Source: Candidatus Krumholzibacteriota bacterium (GTDB taxonomy: Bacteria; Krumholzibacteriota; Krumholzibacteriia; JAJRXK01). From it: a stretch of 64,000 nucleotides of DNA. Position numbers and translations under genes: made by a program. This document shows positions 57,401 to 64,000 of the stretch, piece after piece. Within the stretch, counting starts at the first letter, position 1. Each line of letters begins with the position of its first letter. Location of the stretch: positions 32,001 through 96,000 of the forward strand of contig CAVSGG010000009.1 in assembly GCA_963727455.1 (NCBI GenBank), written 5' to 3'. Under the pieces are notes generated by a model. That model made no database searches, was not told where the DNA came from, and was given only the letters and a program-made list of their open reading frames with translations.

Positions 57401-59008
57401 CTAGAAACGAAATACGCCGTAATCCGTTTTCTGCAAGGGCGCGTTGAATGACATCTCCAGGGATAGACCCAGAAGGTCACGCGTTTGCAGAGGGTCGATG
57501 ATTCCGTCGTCCCAAAGCCGCGCCGTCGAGTAATAGGGGGAGCTCTCCTGCGCATACTTGTCGAGAATGGGCTGCTTGAAAGCGTCTACCTCTTCCTGGG
57601 ACATGGACTCACCCTTGCGCGCGAGCTGCTCCTGTTTGACCGTGGCCAATACCCCCGCCGCCTGCTCACCACCCATGACACTGATACGGCTGCCGGGCCA
57701 CATGAAGAGGAGGCGCGGCTGGTACGCTCGCCCGCACATGCCGTAGTTTCCCGCCCCGTGACTGCCGCCGATGATGATGGTGAATTTGGGTACGGCGGCA
57801 TTGGCCACCGCGTTGACCATCTTGGCTCCGTCTTTGGCGATTCCGCCCTGCTCGTACTTCTTGCCGACCATGTAGCCGGTGATGTTCTGCAGAAAGAGGA
57901 GCGGGATTCCACGTGCGCAGCACAGTTGCACGAAGTGAGTGACCTTCAGCGCGCTCTCGCTGAAAAGAACTCCGTTGTTGGCGACGATCCCGAGTTCGTA
58001 ACCGTGCAAGCGGGCGAAACCGGTGACCACCGTCGTGCCGTAACGTTCCTTGAATTCGTGGAAACGCGAACCGTCGACCAGGCGCGCGATGACTTCGCGC
58101 ACTTCGAAGGGACGGCGCGGGTCCTCGGGCAGGATCCCCAATAGCTCTTCGGGGTCGAAATGCGGATCCTCGGGAGCTTGCCGCGGAACTGCCGCCTTCT
58201 TCACGGTGGCCAGGTTCTCCACCATGTTGCGAACGATACTCAGCGCGTGCGCATCATCGTTGGCGAGAGTGTCCGCTACCCCACTGATGCGCGTGTGTAC
58301 GTCTCCCCCACCGAGTTCCTCAGCGCTGACCTCCTCTCCGGTCGCGGCTTTGACCAGGGGGGGACCACCCAGGAAAATGGTGCCCTGCTCCTTCACGATC
58401 ACGACTTCGTCGCTCATGGCGGGGACGTAGGCTCCGCCGGCGGTGCACGAACCCAGGACGGCGGAAATCTGGGGAATGCCCCGGGCACTCATCTGCGCCT
58501 GATTGTAGAAAATGCGACCGAAGTGTTCACGATCGGGAAAAACCTCGGCCTGCAGCGGCAAAAAAGCGCCGCCGCTGTCCACCAGATAGACGCAGGGAAG
58601 GTGATTCTCCAGCGCAATCTCCTGGGCGCGCAGGTGTTTCTTGACGGTGAGCGGGTGATAGGTTCCCCCCTTCACCGTGGCATCGTTGGCGACGATCATC
58701 ACCTGACGTCCATGCAGGTTGCCGATGCCGGTCACGATCCCCGCGGCAGGGACCGGCGAGCGATACACTTGGTGCGCGGCCAGGGGCGACAATTCCAAGA
58801 AGGGGCTACCCTGATCCAGAAGAGCGTCGATCCGGTCGCGTACCAGCAGCTTTCCGCGGCTCTGATGGAGTTCTCGCGCCTTTTGGCTTCCGCCGAGCCG
58901 GACCTGGGCCAGAGCTTCCTTCAGCTCCTTGGCGCGGGCGCGGTTGACCTCTTGATTGCGCTTGAAGTCCGGCGAGTTGGGAAGAACGGCACTCGAGAGC
59001 CTGCGCAC
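57401..59008 (-). CDS. liuB: 3-methylcrotonyl-CoA carboxylase beta (carboxyltransferase) subunit
   Basis: [68 protein letters not shown]; GTG start after GGAGG. Confidence 0.9.
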   Translation of the reverse strand: MRRLSSAVLPNSPDFKRNQEVNRARAKELKEALAQVRLGGSQKARELHQSRGKLLVRDRIDALLDQGSPFLELSPLAAHQVYRSPVPAAGIVTGIGNLHGRQVMIVANDATVKGGTYHPLTVKKHLRAQEIALENHLPCVYLVDSGGAFLPLQAEVFPDREHFGRIFYNQAQMSARGIPQISAVLGSCTAGGAYVPAMSDEVVIVKEQGTIFLGGPPLVKAATGEEVSAEELGGGDVHTRISGVADTLANDDAHALSIVRNMVENLATVKKAAVPRQAPEDPHFDPEELLGILPEDPRRPFEVREVIARLVDGSRFHEFKERYGTTVVTGFARLHGYELGIVANNGVLFSESALKVTHFVQLCCARGIPLLFLQNITGYMVGKKYEQGGIAKDGAKMVNAVANAAVPKFTIIIGGSHGAGNYGMCGRAYQPRLLFMWPGSRISVMGGEQAAGVLATVKQEQLARKGESMSQEEVDAFKQPILDKYAQESSPYYSTARLWDDGIIDPLQTRDLLGLSLEMSFNAPLQKTDYGVFRF

Positions 59009-59247
59009 GGCGAGCCTCCGGCTGAGGGGGTGAAAGTGGGTCCGCCATCGGCTCGCTTCGCCTTGCCGCCAGCGACCGCAAAGAAGCAGTGTAGAAGCCC
59101 TGCGGGCGCGCGTAAAGAGCCGCGAGGGACAGCCAGGAGGCTTCGTGATAGGCTGACGGTGTGCCCTGTGCGGCGAAAGGTACGAAACCGACATTGCGCT
59201 GGCGCGTATGGGTTCAGGAGCGCGCCGTTTTGCCTTGGGGAGGATCC

Positions 59248-61245
59248 GTGATCGACCGCGAAGAGGAAATGCCCTTCACCGGCGAGTACCTCGACTTTGC
59301 TCATGCGAGCACGGACGATCTGCAGACGCGCATTTTCGAGCTGCTCACCCTCGTGGAAACCAGCCGAGAGCTGCTGCGTGCCCACGACGCGGACGACGTG
59401 GCGCGCCGGGTTCTGCTGTCGGTGATCGGAGTGCTGGGCGCCTCCTCCGCCAGTGTCCTCCGCCGAGATCCCATCGGTGAGCGCATGGAACTCTTGGTGC
59501 ACGCGGGACTGGACATCGAGGAAAGGCTCGAATTCCATCTTCAAAGCGCGATGGTGGAGGCTTTCGAACAAAAGAGCGATGGACGACCCTTCCGCGTCGA
59601 CCGGGACCTCGTCCAGGGGCCGGCTCGCGATTTCCTGCACTCCTACGACACGGTGTTGGAAACTCTCGACGCGGCGGTGGTGTGCCCTCTCATCGGGCGT
59701 CAGGGGCTTTTCGGTTTCCTCCTCTTGGGACGCCGCCTCTTGAGCGAGGGATACTCCTCCAACGATCTGGAGGTCTTCGCGAGCTTGGCCGAGCTCTACA
59801 CCCTGGCGCTGGAACGCGGCGCCGGACCCGCCCCTATCCTGGGACGCGCGCCCGCGGAAGTACCGCGCGAAGTCTCTCTGGCGCTGCGCGAACTGCGCGA
59901 ATTGTATCCTCCGCTGCGAGGAATCCTCGGCGAGAGCGAGGCCATCCTCCAGCTCTTCCGTGACATGGTGCAACTCGCGCCGAGCCGCGCCACCGTTCTC
60001 ATTCAGGGAGAGAGCGGCACGGGAAAGGAGGTGGTGGCGCGCGCCATCCACGAACTCTCGGCCCGGCAGGGAGGCCCACTGGAGATCGTCGACTGTTCGT
60101 CGATCCCGCGCGAGCTCATCGAGAGCGAGCTCTTCGGGCACGTACGCGGCGCCTTCACCGGCGCGGTGCGCGATCGGCGCGGCGCCTTCGAGTTGGCGCA
60201 CCGCGGAACCCTGTTCCTGGACGAAATCGGAGACATGAGCCTTGCTTCGCAGACGCGTCTCTTGCGCGCGCTGCAGGAGGGGCGCTTCCGTCCGGTGGGC
60301 GGGGAGAAGACGAGATCGGTGGACGTTCGGGTGATCGCGGCCACCAACGTCGATCTGAGAGAAGCCGTCGCGCGCGGGGAATTCCGCAAGGACCTCTTCT
60401 ATCGGATTCAGGTCTATCCCCTCAGGCTGCCCCCCCTGCGCGAGCGGGTGGGTGACATCGCCATCTTGAGCCGCGCCTTCCTCAAGCGCTTCTACGCGGA
60501 CTTCGGGTTGAGGGAACCCGTGGTCGATCCGGAAGTCATCACAGCCTTGCAGGCCCATCTCTTTCCGGGAAACGTACGCGAACTCCAGAACATGGTCGAA
60601 GCTCTGGCCATCAGAAGCCGTGACGAGCGCCACGTGCGACTCGAACATCTGCGGCGCGTATTCGCGAGTCAGCAATTGACCCAGCGCCCTCTCGCGGATG
60701 CGCGCCCCGAGGAGAAATCGGCGGGCTCCTTAGCGAAAGAAGCCGCCGAAAGTGAAAGGGCCGGGCGGAAATTCCCCGTGGGTGACGCGGCGGGCGAGGC
60801 CGTGGCGCGCGCGCAGGAACTCACTCCCCTCAGTGACGACGCCGGTGAGGCCGTGGCGCGGCAGATCCTCGACGCCTGGCGCCAGACCGGCTTCAATCTG
60901 CTGGAAGCCAGTCGCCGTTTGAAATCGCTCCGGGCGCAGGGGGAGAACGTGTCCATCGTGGATCGAGTCCAAATGAACCACTACCTCGACGGGGAAACTC
61001 TCAAGGCCTTCGCGGCCAGTGGATCCACTGCGGATGTCGTCGCGATGCTGAGCTCGGGCTCCGAGCCACGTCACCGCGTCGCCCGCCGCACTTCCCGCCT
61101 GTTGCAACAGGCCCTGCAAGCTCTACGGGAAGATTCGTTGCACGAAACTTTCCAGCGCCTGCCGGCTCAGTACGAACCCGTTTTGCGCAAGCTGCAGAGC
61201 AAGGGCGCCGCCTGGATGCAGAAGCATCTGCAGACGGACTCCTGA
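59248..61245 (+). CDS. sigma54-dependent transcriptional activator (GAF + AAA+ domain)
   Basis: [57 protein letters not shown]; GAF-like N-terminus. Confidence 0.92.
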   Translation: MIDREEEMPFTGEYLDFAHASTDDLQTRIFELLTLVETSRELLRAHDADDVARRVLLSVIGVLGASSASVLRRDPIGERMELLVHAGLDIEERLEFHLQSAMVEAFEQKSDGRPFRVDRDLVQGPARDFLHSYDTVLETLDAAVVCPLIGRQGLFGFLLLGRRLLSEGYSSNDLEVFASLAELYTLALERGAGPAPILGRAPAEVPREVSLALRELRELYPPLRGILGESEAILQLFRDMVQLAPSRATVLIQGESGTGKEVVARAIHELSARQGGPLEIVDCSSIPRELIESELFGHVRGAFTGAVRDRRGAFELAHRGTLFLDEIGDMSLASQTRLLRALQEGRFRPVGGEKTRSVDVRVIAATNVDLREAVARGEFRKDLFYRIQVYPLRLPPLRERVGDIAILSRAFLKRFYADFGLREPVVDPEVITALQAHLFPGNVRELQNMVEALAIRSRDERHVRLEHLRRVFASQQLTQRPLADARPEEKSAGSLAKEAAESERAGRKFPVGDAAGEAVARAQELTPLSDDAGEAVARQILDAWRQTGFNLLEASRRLKSLRAQGENVSIVDRVQMNHYLDGETLKAFAASGSTADVVAMLSSGSEPRHRVARRTSRLLQQALQALREDSLHETFQRLPAQYEPVLRKLQSKGAAWMQKHLQTDS

Positions 61246-61307
61246 ACTGTGGCTCCCGAAGTGGAGCTCCTGGACTGTCGCTACCGAGCTGTAGCTCCTG
61301 CACTTTG
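61239..61307. repeat. Degenerate 28-bp tandem repeat starting at the activator stop codon
   Basis: CTCCTGnACT units at 61239, 61267 and 61295. Confidence 0.6.
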
Positions 61308-61310
61308 AGG

Positions 61311-61355
61311 CAAAGAAAAGCGGGGCGCCCTCCCTGAAAGGGACGCCCCGCTTTT
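61311..61355. terminator. Bidirectional intrinsic terminator
   Basis: AAAAGCGGGGCG(61316-61327)...CGCCCCGCTTTT(61344-61355); the minus strand is followed by TTTTCTTTG. Confidence 0.85.
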
Positions 61356-61701
61356 CGGGACTGGCGACGGGACCAATTCGGTCGGGCACGATACTCCCTC
61401 GCCAAGAGCACCGGCCACTTCGTCGTCAGCTCGGGGTTCGCCGATGCCGGGCGGCATCTTGCGGGAGTTCTCGCCAACTCCCTGGAACCCATTCTCAGCA
61501 ACGGAACCTTCGATTCGCTCCAGCGCGATCCCCCATGGGGAACGCCGGTCGAGTGGGGTCGTGGGGTGACCGGCGTCGCGCTGCCTTGTCGAGCTCCCTT
61601 TGGGGCTCCGTCTCCTCTCCTTCCACACTTCTCACGCCCTTCTCCCGCGGGCTTGCCGCGGAGTCCAGGGTCGTGAGTCAGAGGTGTCCGTGTGGCATCG
61701 C
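61312..61701 (-). ncRNA. Candidate sigma54-dependent structured non-coding RNA (~385 nt), no family recognised
   Basis: Bounded by a -24/-12 box and a U-tailed terminator; dense nested inverted repeats; no credible ORF ends before the terminator. Confidence 0.5.
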
Positions 61702-61710
61702 CCTCTCCCT

Positions 61711-61728
61711 AAGCAGGGCCGATGCCAA
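61711..61728 (-). promoter_or_regulatory. sigma54 (-24/-12) promoter
   Basis: Minus strand TTGGCATCGGCCCTGCTT, exact GG-N10-GC spacing. Confidence 0.65.
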
Positions 61729-61752
61729 CTTTTCTCCTCTTTGGACAACAAA

Positions 61753-61867
61753 GATCAAGCCATTGAAATACAATGACTTAGTGGTATAGCTCCTTCGGAA
61801 CCCCTCTGAATGTTGTTGTGAATTCCCAGCCGGTTCTCTGCAGTTTTTGTTGTTGCATGTTGTGACA
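61753..61867. promoter_or_regulatory. IHF-like site and candidate enhancer (UAS) for the sigma54 promoter
   Basis: GATCAAGCCATTG (61753-61765) resembles WATCAAnnnnTTR in an AT-rich tract; TGTTGCA-n3-TGTGACA (TGT-N11-ACA, 61851-61867) lies ~150 bp upstream of the predicted start. Confidence 0.45.
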
Positions 61868-61970
61868 CATCAAAATTGAACAACATAAATGATGTCAAAG
61901 CTGCTAGCCGACTGCAAGAGACGTATTTGCGGGCTTTCTTGGGGCTTGGGGTACTGCTACTCTGGGAAGC

Positions 61971-63350
61971 ATGAGCAAGGCCTCCACACTCTGGCACGGC
62001 ATCGATACCCTGGTCTGCATGGACGCCCCGCGGCGGGTACTGCACGGCGCCTGGATCCGCAGCGAGGGTCCGCGCGTGCTGGAGCTGGGCGAAGGGAAGC
62101 CAGAGCCACGAGAGGGCGAAAGCGCGGTGGATTTGGGCGGGGGAATCGTGATCCCGGGCCTGGTGAACGTCCACCACCACCTCTGCCAGAACCTGACGCG
62201 CGCCTACGGACCCGCGGCCGACGCCGAGCTCTTCCAGTGGCTCACCACGCTCTATCCGATTTGGGCCGGCTTCACGCCGGAAAATCTGGATCTCGCGGCC
62301 CGTGTGGGATTCGCCGAGCTGTTGCTTTCGGGCTGCACCACCACGAGCGACCACCACTACCTCTTCCCGCGCGCGGGCGCATCCGAACTCTTGGATGCCT
62401 CCTTTCACGCCGCGCAGAGGCTGCGCATCCGCTTTCATGGCACTCGCGGATCGATGAGCGTGGACGAATCGCAGGGCGGTCTACCTCCGCGTTCGTGCAC
62501 CCAGGATGAGAGCATGATCCTGCTCGACAGCGAGCGCGTCATCAAACGCTGGCACGACAGGGCGCGCTACTCGATGCACCAGGTCGGGCTGGCCCCCTGT
62601 GCCCCCTTCTCGGTGAGTCAGGATCTCATGCGCGAAACCGCGCGTCTGGCGCGCGCGGAGGGAGTCCGCCTGCACACCCATCTCGCGGAAACCCGAGACG
62701 AAACGGCGTACTGTTTGGAACACTTCTCCTGTCGTCCGCTGGACTTCCTCGAGGAAGTGGAATGGGTCGGCGACGACGTTTGGCTGGCACACGGTATCTG
62801 GTTCGAGGAGAGCGAAATCGACCGCCTGGGAAAGGCGGCAGTGGGGATCGCCCACTGCCCCACCTCCAACATGCGCCTGGGTTCGGGAGTCTGTCCGGTT
62901 CCCGAATTGCGCGCGGCCGGAGTCGCGGTCGGTTTGGGAGTGGATGGGAGCGCGAGCAACGACACGGCGCACATGCTCAACGAGGCGCGGATGGCCCTGT
63001 ACCTGCGCCGACTGGAAAGTGGTGCGGCAGCCATGACCGCAATGGAGGCGCTCGAGCTGGCCACGCTGGGCGGTGCTCAGTGCCTGGGACGAGAGGAGCT
63101 GGGCTGGCTCGGAAAGGACTCCGCCTGCGATTTCGCGCACTATGATCTCGACGGGGAGATCGCGGCCAGCGGCGCCCACGATCCCCTGGCCGCGCTTCTC
63201 TTTTGCGGTCCCCTGCGCGCCAAGTCCGTCGTGGTCAATGGAGATCAGGTGGTGAGGGAGGGCCGCGTCCTCAGCGAGGATCTGGAGACGCTACTGCCAG
63301 CGCATCGCGAGGCGGCGCGGCAGCTGGTGCAGGCCGCGCGCAGCTCCTGA
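61971..63350 (+). CDS. 8-oxoguanine deaminase / amidohydrolase family
   Basis: PGLVNVHHHLCQNLTRA, ELLLSGCTTTSDHHY, APCAPFSVS, LHTHLAET, AHCPTSNMRLGSG, GLGVDGSASND. Confidence 0.9.
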   Translation: MSKASTLWHGIDTLVCMDAPRRVLHGAWIRSEGPRVLELGEGKPEPREGESAVDLGGGIVIPGLVNVHHHLCQNLTRAYGPAADAELFQWLTTLYPIWAGFTPENLDLAARVGFAELLLSGCTTTSDHHYLFPRAGASELLDASFHAAQRLRIRFHGTRGSMSVDESQGGLPPRSCTQDESMILLDSERVIKRWHDRARYSMHQVGLAPCAPFSVSQDLMRETARLARAEGVRLHTHLAETRDETAYCLEHFSCRPLDFLEEVEWVGDDVWLAHGIWFEESEIDRLGKAAVGIAHCPTSNMRLGSGVCPVPELRAAGVAVGLGVDGSASNDTAHMLNEARMALYLRRLESGAAAMTAMEALELATLGGAQCLGREELGWLGKDSACDFAHYDLDGEIAASGAHDPLAALLFCGPLRAKSVVVNGDQVVREGRVLSEDLETLLPAHREAARQLVQAARSS

Positions 63351-63370
63351 AGCGGCTCGTCTCGAGCGAG

Positions 63371-64000
63371 CTACCGCAAGAGCGGATGCGCGAGCAGGCT
63401 CGCGACCGCCGACTGAATCGTGAAACTCTGATCGACGAGACGGCGACCGCTCTCCCCGCGGCGCTCGGCTTCTTGCGGATCATCCAGAGCTTCCCGCATG
63501 GCCACGCACAGTCCTTCGACATCATCCACCTCGGTGAGCCAGCCGGTCTGTCCCGCCTGCACCACCTCGACGATCCCACCGGTGCGGGTGGCCACGACCG
63601 GCCGGGCGAGAGCCAGCGCTTCGAGCACCGTGTTGGGCAACGCTTCCCAACGCGAGGCCTGCACTACGAGGTCGGCGCGCTGCATGAGGGCGGGTACGTC
63701 GTCCCTGCGTCCCAGGAGACGGCAGGGGAGTTCGAGGTCCGCCGCGAGCGCCCGCAATGAGGCCTCGCAGGGACCGACACCCGCCAGCCAGACTTCGAGC
63801 GCACCCCTTTCGAGGCGCGCCGCGGCCCGTAGCACGAGTTCCTGCCCCTTGTTGTGGTCGAGCCGTCCCACGCTGAGAATGACCTTGGCCGCGCTCGCGG
63901 GCACCGCGAGATCGTCGGCGGCGCGACGTCGAAATTCCTCGGCATCGATCCCGTTGGGAACCACTCGCATCCTCGCCCTCCTCACACGCAGATAGCGGCG
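63371..64000 (-). CDS. GT4 family glycosyltransferase, 5' end outside the window
   Basis: VVPNGID, VGRLDHNKG, LLGRRDDV, SRWEALPNTVLEALA..PVVAT.TGG..E. Confidence 0.88.
   Translation of the reverse strand, partial: RRYLRVRRARMRVVPNGIDAEEFRRRAADDLAVPASAAKVILSVGRLDHNKGQELVLRAAARLERGALEVWLAGVGPCEASLRALAADLELPCRLLGRRDDVPALMQRADLVVQASRWEALPNTVLEALALARPVVATRTGGIVEVVQAGQTGWLTEVDDVEGLCVAMREALDDPQEAERRGESGRRLVDQSFTIQSAVASLLAHPLLR

Noticed and set aside
61312-61701. RNase P RNA, tmRNA, or a 115-aa protein (61281-61628, minus) as the explanation of this interval
   Set aside because: No GAGGAAAGUCC or tRNA-like/CCA ends found on either strand; the ORF has no recognisable motif and runs through the terminator
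61693-61710. Second sigma54 promoter on the + strand (TGGCATCGCCCTCTCC)
   Set aside because: Has the -24 GG but no GC at -12; it is the other arm of an inverted repeat with the minus-strand box

Overview
GC-rich bacterial chromosomal segment, probably from an FCB-group candidate lineage such as Ca. Krumholzibacteriota, Eisenbacteria or Latescibacterota. That assignment is inferred from a secreted protein with the 'PNPFNP...WDGRD..G...SGVY' FlgD-Ig tail and from futalosine-pathway mqnD. It is mostly housekeeping and metabolic genes: mqnD, pyk, pstSCAB, nrdJ with tandem NrdR boxes, a DAK2-DegV fusion, a liu/atu-type acyl-CoA carboxylase cluster, pepQ and an 8-oxoguanine deaminase. Four things stand out. 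(1) A 725-bp intergenic region (61246-61970) appears to hold a complete sigma54 transcription unit (UAS, IHF-like site, -24/-12 box, intrinsic terminator) around a ~385-nt highly structured, apparently non-coding RNA, convergent with a GAF-AAA+ sigma54 activator. (2) A tightly coupled operon of KamA, two Ddl-like ATP-grasp ligases, a GNAT-HDAC fusion and a GNAT, which suggests an uncharacterised beta-lysine peptide or modification pathway. (3) A RimB-RimK(+RCK_C)-M14 peptidase-PP2C-kinase operon pairing two writer/eraser systems. (4) An HNH endonuclease flanked on both sides by a recurring TCTACCCGGGTACAC palindrome, next to an accessory gene run that ends in a hipBA module with three clear operators. 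Many genes carry single-base frameshifts, densest at 19-23 kb and often in homopolymers; these are most likely long-read or assembly errors. No rRNA, tRNA or CRISPR array was seen. All family calls come from motif recognition by eye, not database searches.
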